A DNA stretch of 63,923 bases, counting the filler, from Octopus bimaculoides (taxonomy: Eukaryota): assembly GCF_001194135.2 (NCBI RefSeq). It is 8 parts of 7 records of this genome, joined end to end, with 100 filler letters (N's around TTAATTAATTAA, not from the genome) between each part and the next. Parts side by side here need not be neighbours in the genome. Positions count along the whole stretch, not along the records: positions 1 to 24,534 come from NC_068982.1; positions 24,635 to 33,238 come from NC_068984.1; positions 33,339 to 44,444 come from NC_068989.1; 5 more parts are not named here. One strand, written 5' to 3'. Positions 23,778 to 35,891 of the stretch are shown here, piece by piece. Below the pieces are notes generated by a model. The model was not told the origin of the DNA. It did no database searches and was given only the letters and a program-made list of their open reading frames with translations. Position 1 is the first letter of the stretch, and each line of letters starts with the position of its first letter. The position numbers and the translations under genes are program-made.

Positions 23778-24497
23778 GTGAAAGGTCATCACATCACATA
23801 TGTCATAGACATCACAGTTCTGAATGATAACTTAGGTAATCATGGGTCAATGTTCATGGTAGCATTGCAGGATCCTTTCGGCAGCTCTGATACAAACATT
23901 TCAGAGTGTTTGGGTGTCAACCTGAGGACAGTGCAATCTGAGGACATGTACCGAGAGTGATAAAAAGAGTGATTCATCTTCCCACAAGACCTCAGACTCA
24001 ACACGGATGCCTACATCAAGTGCCTGGAGGAGGTAGTGTTGCTCTGATTCAAGAGGGTGGCTACTGGAAGACTATATCTGGCAATAGGACTCTGAACCAT
24101 GCCACACAAGCAAGGAGAACCCAGTCATGGCTGTCAGACAATTTTTGCGACCACGTCACCCCTAACATCTGGCCACCTAACTCCACAGACTGCAACCTCC
24201 TTGATTATTATGTGTGGGGTGCAGTTGAACGACAGACCAACAAAACTCCTTGTAACACCAGAAATGAACTGAAGGCTAGGATTATTGCAGCATTCACCAA
24301 CTTAAACAAGGAGACTATCCAGAAGAGTTGCAGGAGATTCCAAAGTCCTGTAGAGGCCGTGGTTGAAGCCAATGCCGATTTTATTGAATAAATTCACTCT
24401 TTAGTATTTCAAGATATTTTTATGTAATTTTGGTAAATGTATCTGTTTAAATGAGATGTCAGTGTAATTTAGATGACAACATATTCATCACACCCTG
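23778..24497 (+). mobile_element. Tc1/mariner superfamily (maT/DD37D-like) transposon, right half
   Basis: NIWPPNSTDCNLLDYYVWGAVE...LKARI...C.RF...EAVVEANADFIE*. Right end ...catcacaccctg|TA followed by (TA)n. Confidence 0.8.
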
Positions 24498-24534
<37 letters not shown>

Positions 24535-24634
24535 NNNNNNNNNNNNNNNNNNNNNNNNNNNNNNNNNNNNNNNNNNNNTTAATTAATTAANNNNNNNNNN
24601 NNNNNNNNNNNNNNNNNNNNNNNNNNNNNNNNNN
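24535..24634. other. Assembly gap with artificial linker N44-TTAATTAATTAA-N44 (also at 33239-33338, 44445-44544, 51675-51774, 57306-57405, 60247-60346, 62378-62477)
   Basis: The identical 100-bp structure occurs seven times. The palindromic 12-mer has stops in all six frames. Confidence 0.97.
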
Positions 24635-24645
24635 CCCTAATAATG

Positions 24646-24850
24646 TTAGATTGGTGCATAATTATTGCAACTTTTTTTCAATAAATTTTATTCAACAAAA
24701 AATTTAAACAAAACGCCAAGCAGAAATTGAAGTAGATGCTGAATATGCTCCGGAATAATCATTTAAAGATGTTTTTGTTAAATGTTGTTATTGTTTTTGT
24801 TGAATAAAATTTATTGAAAAAAAAAAAAGCAGCAATATGCACCAACCTAA
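24646..24850. mobile_element. Mariner-type MITE
   Basis: ttagattggtgcataattattgcaacttttttcaataaattttattcaacaaaa ... ttttgttgaataaaatttattgaaaaaaaaaaaagcagcaatatgcaccaacctaa|TA (about 60-bp TIRs). Confidence 0.82.
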
Positions 24851-24924
24851 TAATAATGATGATGGACTTTCCCGTCGAAGATGACGTATGAGTTTTCAGC
24901 TTTTTTTCCCGACGACCTGCACAA

Positions 24925-25244
24925 ATGATTTGTGTATAGTGATCAAATGTATGTGCCGTACATTAGCTCACTCCCTCCATCAAATTGATATTGCTTGATA
25001 AAGGTGCATGGTGTACCACATGCCAGGTGTCAAAGTGATCACAGAGCAACGTGAGATTAAGTGTTTTGCTCAAGAACACAATGCACTACTCGATCTAGGA
25101 GGGGATAAGTCGATTACATCGACCCAAGTGTTTCACTACTACTTATTTTATCGACCCCGAAAAGCTGAAAGGCAAAGTCAACCTCGGCGGAATTTGAACT
25201 CAGAACATAAAGGCGGACGAAATGTCGCTAAGCCAGCTCGCCGC
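24925..25244 (-). mobile_element. Nested SINE fragments (tRNA-headed)
   Basis: 25106-25244 is the reverse complement of the 31730 SINE head; 25040-25090 carries gcaacgtgagattaagtgttttgctcaagaacacaa, shared with 47020-47065. Confidence 0.65.
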
Positions 25245-25294
<50 letters not shown>

Positions 25295-25295
<1 letters not shown>

Positions 25296-27940
25296 GATTT
25301 CTTTTATTCGCAACCAGTGCGAAGGATGAGGGGGACAATACAAAGACAGACATAAAGTGTCGGGGTTTACATATGGAATGATTTAAAAAAAAGTATACAC
25401 GATACTTATTAGAAGAAAGGAAGTATAGATAGTATACGACACTAGAAGAAGAGGGAGAAAAGGTGCTAGTGATGGGGCCCTCCTGGTACAGGAGGACCTC
25501 TAGGGATAATCGAAGAACCTCACCATCCAAGATCACCCTGAATACCAAAGGCGAGACCCTCTCCAACTCCTTTCTTCCGACTTACAAGTGTACACTGAGT
25601 GGTACCATCCACTCTTGCCATTTTCGCAACTTTCACTCGAGGACAGCACCTCCCTCTCCACTCCCACTTTCCTTTTCAAGTGAAATTTGAAAAAGTCGAT
25701 GTTGGCTTTGCCAAAGAGGAATGTTTCTGTCCTCATTCCTTTCAGCCTCATCTACCAGATAACCTCTTTCTNNNNNNNNNNNNNNNNNNNNNNNNNNNNN
25801 NNNNNNNNNNNNNNNNNNNNNNNNNNNNNNNNNNNNNNNNNNNNNNNNNNNNNNNNNNNNNNNNNNNNNNNNNNNNNNNNNNNNNNNNNNNNNNNNNNNN
25901 NNNNNNNNNNNNNNNNNNNNNNNNNNNNNNNNNNNNNNNNNNNNNNNNNNNNNNNNNNNNNNNNNNNNNNNNNNNNNNNNNNNNNNNNNNNNNNNNNNNN
26001 NNNNNNNNNNNNNNNNNNNNNNNNNNNNNNNNNNNNNNNNNNNNNNNNNNNNNNNNNNNNNNNNNNNNNNNNNNNNNNNNNNNNNNNNNNNNNNNNNNNN
26101 NNNNNNNNNNNNNNNNNNNNNNNNNNNNNNNNNNNNNNNNNNNNNNNNNNNNNNNNNNNNNCGTCTTCGTCGACACCTAGGATCACTCCGAGGACGCTGT
26201 TGCATTTGCACGCTACTAATCCTCTGTATATAACTAAAGTGGAATATCCACCGATCCTATTTCCCAACTTGTTGAGGACAGTGAGCGCCTGACGACATTT
26301 TAAGAGCCAAGCGCCCAGTCTCGGCCTATCTTTTACTCAAGACTGCAGCTCCGTCAAGAAGACGAGCTGCGGAAAGGCGTGTCTCACAAACGGAACTCAC
26401 AACTGTTTCACCTTCTAGAAATCGTTGCAGGTGACGCCACGCAGAGTGAGTTGGCAGCAGACCAACCGCCTGACCATTGGAATGCGTTCCTTCCACATGA
26501 AAATAAGCAGGATACGCTCCAATCTAATCACGCGATAGTTGGGGCAAGGCACAACGGTCAGGCGATAAATAATGATAGAAGCGATGTAGGTAGTCTCCAC
26601 CGCTGCCCGATCTTTCAAGAACAATTTCCTCTCTGCCCGACCTTTCAAGAACAATTTTCTCTCTGCCCATTTCTGGGTAAGACAGGCCACCATGTTCGTC
26701 ACTTCTTCCCAATTCTTATCCACATGGAGGTCGGACCAAACCAGACCCCGAGCAGTTTAACTGGTCCGTCAGTCCAGCGTCCGGCGGCATCGATCTGTCT
26801 CTCCAGGTGCCCAGTCACAATCCCACCAACTTCTCAGTATTGATTTTGGCCCCTGCAACCGACTCATATTTCCTTGCAATAGAGCAGACTGCTTCCATTT
26901 TGGAGGCGTACGTCGACACTGCCCTCCCGAGACAAATTTCAAAAGGGAGGCCTCTTAACTGTTCCAACTTCTGCAGCAGTAACTCGAGAGCCAGCACATA
27001 TATAAAAGGTGACAGCGGGCAGCCCTGACGGACCGAACGTGCGATACTAAACGGTTCTGATAGGTGGCCATTTACTTTGACTACCGAGCAGGTGCCGCTG
27101 TGCACTGCAGTAATCCAGCTTCTAAAAACGGGTCCGAAATCGGACGCTTTAAGGACGGCTTCCAAGTAGCGATGGTTGACTCTATCGAAAGCTTTTGACT
27201 GATCTAAATTGATCAGGCCCCCACCGAAGCCAGCTCTAGTCCCAGCTCTCTCTACGATGTATCGCATAAGGTGGAAGTTGTCGTAGATAGACCTGTTCGG
27301 CATTGCGCACGTTTGTACCTCCTCGACCAGAATACCAACGACAAGCGCCAACCTTTTCGCTAACACCTTGGACAAAATTCTGAACTCTGTATTTAGCAGA
27401 GTTATGGGCCGAAAATTCCCTAGCACGTCCCCGTTGTCGGCGTCCTTTCCCAGCAGTGTTACCACACCCCGGTTAACAGCACTAGGAATTCTCCTATTCT
27501 GCTGTCAGTTACTGTAGACTGCCGAACAAATCTGGCATGAAAACATAGAATTAGTAGGGTAGACCATCCAAACCGGGCGATTTGCGACTTGTGCAATCGC
27601 TCATCTGACAACACACCCTTTGTGTTTCGCTTCAAAGAAATGGTCAAGGGCCATTGTCGCTACTAACAGGTCGGTCGTGATGCCTTCACAAGTGGCCTCT
27701 TCTTGTTTGCTAACTAGTTATCCCTCTAATCTATTTCTTTCTATTGCTAAATCTTTGCTAAATGCCAATCGCTCTCTTCAGAGCGATCCACCACCGGTTG
27801 TTGACGATAGCTCCCGTCAACTGCCGCTTAACTAGTTCGCTAATCCGGCCCCTGTAGTCATGCGAGCCGGTAAGGATGCATTCAATTTCCAGTAACCGGG
27901 TCCTTGTCTACAGGTCCTATCTAAATCGACTGAGCATACG
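25295..27940 (-). mobile_element. 5'-truncated L1/Tx1-clade LINE (ORF2 pseudogene), interrupted by a gap
   Basis: GPGYWKLNASL; NFRPITLLNTEFRILSKVLAKRL...DQSKAFDRV.H...SVRQGCPLSP..YVLALE; C-terminal FFKFHLKRKV.VER.VLS; 3'UTR with AATAAA at about 25302-25307 and an (ATT)n tail. Multiple frameshifts. Confidence 0.88.
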
Positions 27941-29892
27941 ATGTGACCCAAGCGTTCTGCACCTTCTAAGGCTTCTCGCTGTGAACCCAAACGCCAGTGG
28001 ATGCTTACTATAGCAGAGAAGGTGAGTCTCCTCGACATGCTCATGGAAAGGAGAAGGTATGCAGATGTAGGCCGCAATTACGGCATCAATGAATCTACCG
28101 TTCGCTACATCAAGAAGGATGAACAATAAATAAAGGCAGCGGCAAAAGTGACATTTAACGGGACAGCAAAAAGGGTGGTAACTCTCTGCAATAAGGTCAT
28201 CGTAAGGATGGAGTCTACATTAACCCTTTGGATCAGTGACTGCAGGAAGAACATTGCACTGGATACCAATGCCATCTGTGAGAAGGCTAACCGAATTTAA
28301 TGTCAGCAAGGGCTGGTTTGATAAATTTCAAAGGAGATTCAACCTTAAGAGTGTTTCCCTGCATGGAGAAGCTGCCTCTGCTGACAAACCCGCCGATGAG
28401 GAGTACATGAACGAGACGTTCAAGACCATCGTCGAAGAAGTGGGATATTCGCGTGAACAAGTTTTCAATATAGATGAGACTGACCTCTTTTGGAAACGGA
28501 TGTCATGGTGGACTTTCACTATGAAGGAGGAGGCCAGAGCCCCTGGATTAAGGCGTACAAAGATCGAGTCACAATTATAATGTATGGAAATGCTGCGGGC
28601 TTTATGATAAAGCCAGGGTTTATTTATAAGTTCAAAAACTCAAGGGCCCTCAAAAACAAAAAAAATAAGAATCTGCTGCCAGTGCTTTGGATGCACAATC
28701 GGAAGTCATGGATAACGAAACCACTGACATCGGATTGGTTTCACCAATGTTTCATCCCCGAAGTCAAGGTTCATCTCGCCGAAAAAGGACTGGAAATCGA
28801 AGTGCTTCTCTCAATGGACAATGTTAGAGGTCACGCACTCGACCTGTCGTATGAGGGCATACAAATCGAATTCTTACCGCCGAACACCACATCGCTGATC
28901 CAATCCATGGATCAAAGCGTTAATCGTGCTCTTAAGGAGATCTGTACGCGAAACTCTCTGCAGCATCTGGTCGAGGTTATGGACTCGGATGATAACTTCT
29001 CGCTGAAGGAGTACTGGCGTGAGTACACCATTGCAACGTGTCTCCAAAATATTCAGAAGGCTATAAAGGAGACGAAAAATGAAACTTTGAATGCCAGCTG
29101 GAAGAAATTATGGCCGGACTATAAAGGATTTTCTCCAGACGAAATTCACCACTCTGCTGTAGATAAGGCAGTGAAGCTGACAAAATTGCTAGGAGGAGAT
29201 GGCTTCACCGACTACCTGGAACGTTAATTATCTGATCGAAGCCCACTCAGATCCGTTAACGGATGAAGATCTGACAGAGATGGCGAAGTGAGAAAGAAAG
29301 AACAAGAGAATTCAGGGGAAGAAGGAGTTGGCCTGTCACTAGAATACCTCTCAACTCTAGACAAATCCAATGTTGTAATCGTTACTGTCGACATGTTATA
29401 ACGCCTACTTCAATATAGCAGTATAGTTTTTAGACCAGAGAATGACGGAAGATTGGAATTCCCAGAAGATTCATTTAGAAATGCAATCAACGAAGCCATG
29501 GAAGTTTATAAAAACCTCCTTACACAGAAGAAAAGGCAGCGCCAGCAACTGCCCATCACCATGTTCCTCACCCACAAAAAAAGGTGGGGAGAAGACACAA
29601 GTACTCTTAAGAGCGTGCAGAGAGTTCATAAAAGCTTAAATTGCGGAGGTAAAGAATACACATACTACCCGTTTGCGTCGTAACAAAAGCCCTAACCCTA
29701 AACTCTAAACACCGGGTGTGCGTATTCTTTACTTTTGCCGCTTAAATATATAAGAATAATAAAATAAATATATACAAATTATAAAAATAATTTTAAAAAA
29801 TCAACAATACAGTATTGTTTCTACTTTGCAGATTTTCTCCTACCGCGAGGGGTTTCTGGAATGCAACACCCACGATAGTCGAGGGATTATTG
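27941..29892 (+). mobile_element. Tigger/pogo-like DNA transposon (degenerate transposase), left TIR missing
   Basis: M*PKRSAPSK...MLTIAEKVSLLDML (HTH-psq), CENP-B HTH SKGWFDKFQRRFNL, DDE_1 FNIDETDLFW...MDN..GH...FLPPNTTSLIQSMDQ. Right TIR cccacgatagtcgagggattattg|TA. Confidence 0.92.
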
Positions 29893-31466
29893 TAGACAGT
29901 CAGACATATTTTTGCTGTATCATTCGACCGTACCGGAGTCCACACCACTAACCACCTTTGTCCGGAGATTGCCACTGGGCATCAAACTGTGTAATTGGGT
30001 ATGAAAGGAGCCTGGGCAAATATATACCATAACACTACTCTATTTTATACAGTGGATTCTTTTCAATTTGCACGGGGATTTATTTTGTAAGTGGAAATAC
30101 AAACACAACCTTCATAACTTTAAATGTGTGCGTGCGTATGTATGGGTGTGATGCCTGTCAATAAAAACAAAAATGTAACAGAATTTAGATAAGAGTTAAT
30201 CCTTTTCAGATATACAGTCTGTACTATAAGATAAAAAAAAAATACATTGTATTTACAAAACAATCCTGAGTACAATGCATTCATACATACATACATAAGA
30301 CAGACTGACAGACATTCATACTCACAGAATGTTTCATGACAAGGGGAAAATATTGTGTTAAATATATTAATTGTATTACAAAGTATCCCAATTATATTTT
30401 AGACCAGCATCCTCGAACTTTGAGTTAATATAGTTCGTTCTTTTGTCAGAAAAAAAGTCACTATTCATTTTTCATATTTTCATTCTTTCCTTTTATATCA
30501 ATTTCGCACATCCGATTTTCTCTTCTACAACAACGTATATATATATATATATATATACATATATATAAGTGTATATTAATATACGCACCACACACACATA
30601 CAATTGTATGTGTGTGTAACGTTGCCCTCACCGAGAAAAACATGAAAGTATAAGTGCTTTATGTAAGTGTTATTGTTTCGGATCACTCGAACGTCTATAC
30701 AGTCTCTTCTTTCAACCAGAAATGCTTTTACACACTTACACTCAGGTAGTTTGTACACATTCACTATCACCAAGCACCACAACTACCACAATCACTCCTT
30801 CGTTCCGAGCATTATGTATGTATATATGTGTGTGTACGTATAAGAGCACTATCATTTGAAAGGCATGTGTTGATAGTTCTTTTCATTTAGTAGTCTGTGC
30901 TGAGCCAACTTTTTCATGTAAATATTTGGGATTTTATGTAACACCAGCAGAGACGGTCACCACAAATTCCGATCCAAACTTCAAATTTTACTATGTGAGA
31001 GTGACCAACAATACAGCAACCACTAGCAACAACAGAATTACCGGGTTGTCAAAAATTCACCTCAATGATAGAAGAAAAACCCAAACAAGGACAAAGTTTT
31101 ACATATAAGGGAGAAAGGTAACATACAAATTTTGATGTTAAAATATATAAATATATATAAAGTCCTGGGTGTACATGAAGTAAATATTGTTCCGCAAACG
31201 TGACTACCTTCTACGTCAGTCAGGTATGCTTCGAATATTACACAGGTACCGTGAGAGACTAGAGCTACTTTCATTCAATCGCTGATTCAATCAGGTCCAG
31301 CCCCTCTCCTCTTTATTCCCTTACCTTTCTTTCACCCCACCTTGTCACCCAATCTTTACCTGTACAATTTGCTCTATATATATATCTACATTTTGTAGTT
31401 TCTGTTACACACACATCTACATATATACAATTGTATGCGTATGTGGTGCGTATATTAGTATACACT

Positions 31467-31528
<62 letters not shown>

Positions 31529-31729
31529 CATATATATTCATACATATATATTCATACATGCATGCATGCATACACACACATTTATATAAATATTGTTTTT
31601 TTTGTTGTTGTAAATTCCAACTATATATATATATATTACAATGTTTGTATATGTGTGCATATATACAAACATTACACACATACATTGTATCTGTATATGT
31701 GATTATGTATGCAATATTTACTATGCAAA

Positions 31730-31950
31730 GGCGGCGAGCTGGCAGAAACGTTGGCACTCCGTGCGAAATGCTTAAAGGTAATTCGTCTGCCGTTACGTTG
31801 AGTTCAAATTCCGCCGAGGTCGACTTTGCCTTTCATCCTTTCCAGATCGATTAAATAAGTACCAGTTACGTACTATGGTCGATGTAATCGACTTATCCCT
31901 TTGCTTGTCCTCTCTATGTTTAGCCCCACGTGGGCAATAAAGAAACAAAT
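31730..31950 (+). mobile_element. tRNA-headed SINE
   Basis: ggcggcgagctggcagaaacg (A-box-like) ... gagttcaaattcc (B-box) ... gtcgactttgcctttcatcc ... ggtcgatgtaatcgact. At least four other copies are in the window. Confidence 0.85.
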
Positions 31951-33338
31951 ATTTACTATTTATATGCATGCACCAACGCGTTGTGTGTGTGTGTGTGATT
32001 CATGACGAAGTATTGCAAATAGGACGAGATCGATATGCACTCACTCAGACGTTTACTCCCGGCTATTCTCATTCCCTAGTAAACACTACGCTAGTGTGGA
32101 CGCTCCCTAGGGTACTGATGTAAGACGTACGGGCGTGACTATCACGTCTCCTTCTATATCTTTCTCTTTTGGTTCCTAGTAAAATAGGAATCAAAGGGGT
32201 CCATTGGTTAAAAAATGTTTGAGAAACACTGATATAGAGGGTTGAGAAGAACCCAGAAGCAACCATTCACTATTTTAGGAATTACCTCTTACAGCAGAAG
32301 TTTGAACTGAAAAGTTGACCCAGATCGATCGCACACGAGACTCTATCAAACGTATAAGTCACCGTGTATGCACTTAAGTACCCACCATAGATTCAATCAT
32401 TATATTTCTAGATATTTCATAATGAGCAATACTCATCAACCGGTAAGAATTAGTATGTAAAGGAGATCTCGAAAGGAAGAATGACAGGTAAGCAAGAACA
32501 TAACTTTCAAGGTTTTCTTAAACGATTTAGCGATGTGAGGTAAAGAGAAATTAAATGAAGCAGATCTAACCAAGTAACTAAACTAATACAGATAAATGTT
32601 TTACAACAGAAAGACAGACAGACATGCAGGCACACACACACACATACATATGGATGTATGTGTATGTAAACAAAATTGTGTCTACATTTGAAATTGAATC
32701 TTTTCGTCTGAACATTTTGTTGTTATTCCTAAACTTGCTTTAAATTAACCTATAAATAGATCTTATAATACTGTATACTTTCATTAATATACCTTTTGAC
32801 AAATATGCGCTGGCATATTTTTTTATGAACTTTTAAACAACTAAACATTGTGTGTGTGTGTGTGTGTGTGTCTATCATTCGCTCACGGTAGTAGCTAAAT
32901 AATATTTATCTTCAGATCAACACTCCTTTTTCTCAACTATGCTATCGCCCTGTAGCTAATCCAGTTCTTGAGCAAATAAATGCAGTTAAGTTCATAAGGA
33001 CCAGTGCTTTGCTACATTTTCAGCTATTATGACAGAAAACTGATGAGGTAAAAAAAAAAATATATAAAGTGTGTTCAAAAGTGGGAAATAAACGCATAGA
33101 TACAACTTTTAAACTGTATCGTTTCCTTATTTCTGTATTATTTTTGTTTTAGTTGCACTTAAATAAGACATCTGATTGAGAGGAATCTAATTTAGTAAAC
33201 CTCATCAAAATTGCTGCAATTAAAAAAGGTAAATATTTNNNNNNNNNNNNNNNNNNNNNNNNNNNNNNNNNNNNNNNNNNNNTTAATTAATTAANNNNNN
33301 NNNNNNNNNNNNNNNNNNNNNNNNNNNNNNNNNNNNNN

Positions 33339-33671
33339 TAGCTTATAACTGGGACAGCTAAAGTGTTGATACCCATTATCTTGTTTTTAGCATTGAGCTC
33401 TGTTTTTAGTATTGATCTAACTCGTCTATAGTACTCTTTCTTTATTTTTTCTTTCATTTGTGTATGTTGTATCCTATCTAGTTCATTGACTCCTAAATAC
33501 TTATATGGTTGGCTTTCGTCTAGTTCTCTTATTTCATTGGCTTTATCTAGTGTTATATTGCTACTTTTAACTAATTTTCCTCTTTTCAGGGTTGCTTTGG
33601 CACATTTTTCTAATCCGAATTTCATTTCTATTTCCTTGGTAAAGCCGTGTACTGTCTGTAGTAGTCTATTT
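33339..33671 (-). mobile_element. R4/Dong-clade LINE RT fragment (piece E)
   Basis: LLQTVHGFTKEIEMKFGLEKCAKATLKRGK...YKYLGVNE...KNKIMGINTLAVPVISY; ends at a linker gap. Confidence 0.85.
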
Positions 33672-35138
33672 TGAAAGTTCCTCCGTTTCTTTTTTGGAAA
33701 TGTTGTCACCTGTTGGTATTGATACATCGATAAGAAAATATTTTTTCCCTAGTGATCTCTGACAATATCCGGCCTATTGGTCTTCATTTTCTCTATATGT
33801 ATATCCCAGAGTATGGTTGCTTTCTCATTTTCTATTACCTTTTCTGGGGTGTGCCTATACCATCTTTTTTCTATTGTCCTTCCATAGTTTGACATAGCTT
33901 CCAGTTATACAGGTCCCAACTCTGTTGCGTCTGTGAACATATTCCTTCTTAGCTTTGATTTTGTGCTGTAGTTAAAAATCCTTCAATCTCTGCTGTAAGT
34001 CCTGAACTTCTCAGCTTTATTGGGATTTTGCTTTGTCTATTTCCTTTCTGTTTAGCTTGACCCAGTATTTGCCATGTAGGGGCCTTTCTTGCCATCATTT
34101 TATCATGATACGTTGCTGCTCCAGTTTTAGTTTGGATTTCGGTTGTTTTACAGCTTTTGTTGTTTATTTCTTTTTTCATAGATGTTACGTACTATGATTT
34201 CGTTTTTGTATTTGTCAACTTCCTTAGAGACGGAAAGCAATTTTTTGTTTTATTCGTGTTTTGTGGTTATTTGTTTTAGTTTTTCTTGCTTCTGAAGTAT
34301 TTTTGTAATGCAATGGTGGTTATTTTGTAATAGTTTTCTAGCTGTAAAAGGCCTCTACCACTTTCGATACGTTGTATACATAGCCTTTCTATGTCAGATT
34401 TTGGGTGGTGCATCCTATATCCTGTCATTATTTTTCTTGTTTTCCTGTTTATTTTGATTAGTTCAGTTAGAGTCCAGTTAAAAATATTGTAACTGTAACT
34501 TATTACTGGGACGGCTAGAGTGTTGATGCTTATTATCTTGTTTTTCGCATTGAGCTTTGTTTCTAGTATTAATCTAACTCGTCTATAATATTCTTTCATT
34601 ATTTTCTCTTCCATTTGTGTGTGTTGTATCGTATCTAATTCATTGATTCCTAGGTATTTTATGTCTGGCTTTGGCCTAATTCTCTTATTTCAATTGCTTT
34701 ATCTAGTGTGATGTTGCTACTCTTAACTAGTTTTCCTTTTTTCAACGTTGCTTTGGCACATTTTTCTAAGCCAAATTTCATGTTTATTTCTTTGATAAAT
34801 CCACGTACTATCTGTAGTAATGTTTCCGGTTGTTTATCATTTGTAGCGCACAGTTTTAGATCATCCATATATAAGAGGTGACTGATTGCTTTGCCGCCAC
34901 AGTTGTACCCGCATCTAGTTCTGTTTAGCATGTCAAATAAAGATGTCAATGCCAAGCAGAAAAGAATGGAGAGAGCATGTTTCCTTGGAATATTCCTCTT
35001 CTAATGGGGATGGCTTTGGTTTTCATGAGTCCCTATTTTGTCTGGGGCTGTAGCACTGTCTGCTATTTGTTCATGGATTGTTTTATATATTTTATGATTA
35101 TTGGCGCTACCTTGTTCATGGCTAGTGTTTCTAGGATC
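33672..35138 (-). mobile_element. R4/Dong-clade LINE, 5'-truncated (RT, thumb, partial REL endonuclease; piece D)
   Basis: ISHLLYMDDLKL, KFGLEKCAK, YKYLG, MHHPKSDIERL..R.E.GRGL, GLTAEIEGF, KATILWD...FLIDVSIPTGDNIS. The 5' end abuts (TAA)n at 35141-35160. Confidence 0.88.
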
Positions 35139-35160
35139 AATTATTATTATTATTATTATA

Positions 35161-35447
35161 TGAAAACTCACAGCTTATTTTGCTTGGTATGGTGGAAAGT
35201 GTCAGCTGTCCACAGCCAATAGACTAAGGTGACAGTTGTTTACTGGCCATGCTTCAAGAACCCTGCGAACAATTCAAGCAATACTGATTTTTGTAGGTGT
35301 TCTACCTTCACACTTGCATCGATCTTTTTCAGCCATGCTGGTAGATGAGCGCTGATACTTCCAAGTGCACCAATTACTATTGGCATCATGTCTACTCTCT
35401 TCACTTACCACAACCTTCGTATTTCCCACTTCAAATCGTCGCAGTTG
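35161..35447 (-). mobile_element. R4/Dong-type 3' end, subfamily 1 (piece C)
   Basis: DDLKWEIRRLW.VKRVDMMPIVIGALGSIS.HLPAWLKKIDASVKVEHLQKS (REL C-terminus), then UTR and (TAA)n tail. Confidence 0.75.
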
Positions 35448-35460
35448 ATTATTATTATTA

Positions 35461-35673
35461 TTCAGTAGTTTTATTTTTATAGCGTGCTTTCACTTCACTA
35501 CCGAGCGCAGCTCTGTGTGCCTTGGGTATGTGCTGTGGTTTGCTGTGATGCTCTTATGGTTACTGTATTGAAAGTGTTTTGCGTAGGATGTGTGCAGTGC
35601 CCAGTAGTGCATTTTTCTGTATGTTATATATATTTGTAAGTCCTGGTGTTTTTGTTATGTATTTGTCTGAATA

Positions 35674-35704
<31 letters not shown>

Positions 35705-35778
35705 GTTCAGTAGTTTTATTTTTATAACGTGCTTTCACTTCACTACCGAGCGCAGCTCTGTGCGCCTTGGGTATGTGC
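35461..35778 (-). mobile_element. Two R4/Dong-type 3' ends, subfamily 2 (pieces B 35461-35675 and A 35706-35778)
   Basis: B reads TPGLTNIYNIQKNALLGTAHILRKTLSIQ* plus UTR. A is a 73-bp copy of B's terminal UTR (2 differences). Each is followed by (TAA)n on the minus strand. Confidence 0.78.
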
Positions 35779-35816
<38 letters not shown>

Positions 35817-35891
35817 GTCATTATTGCTGCTGTTGTTGTTGTTGTTGTTCTTCTTCTTCTTCTTCTTCTTCTTCTTCTTCTTCTTCTTCTT
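35675..35891. repeat. Compound trinucleotide microsatellite (TTA)n-(TGC/TGT)n-(TTC)n
   Basis: Directly visible; it produces the poly-L/F/S/Y/K/E/N ORFs in the track. Confidence 0.95.

Noticed and set aside
30053-30086. Plus-strand 34-nt segment with a good acceptor (ttttatacAG) and donor (GTAAGT)
   Set aside because: No partner exon or recognisable peptide was found, and such sites occur by chance in AT-rich DNA.
30576-31274. Minus-strand ORFs with some cysteines (PECKCVKAFL..DCIDV; GTCVIF...HVCG...SCTP) considered as the missing upstream exons
   Set aside because: They lack VWD/C8/TIL cysteine spacing and convincing splice sites in the required phase.
35395-35440. TGT G|GTAAG matching the predicted end of the missing C8 exon
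   Set aside because: It lies inside a Dong-like 3' end (WEIRRLW frame), and the candidate frame has a stop seven codons upstream.
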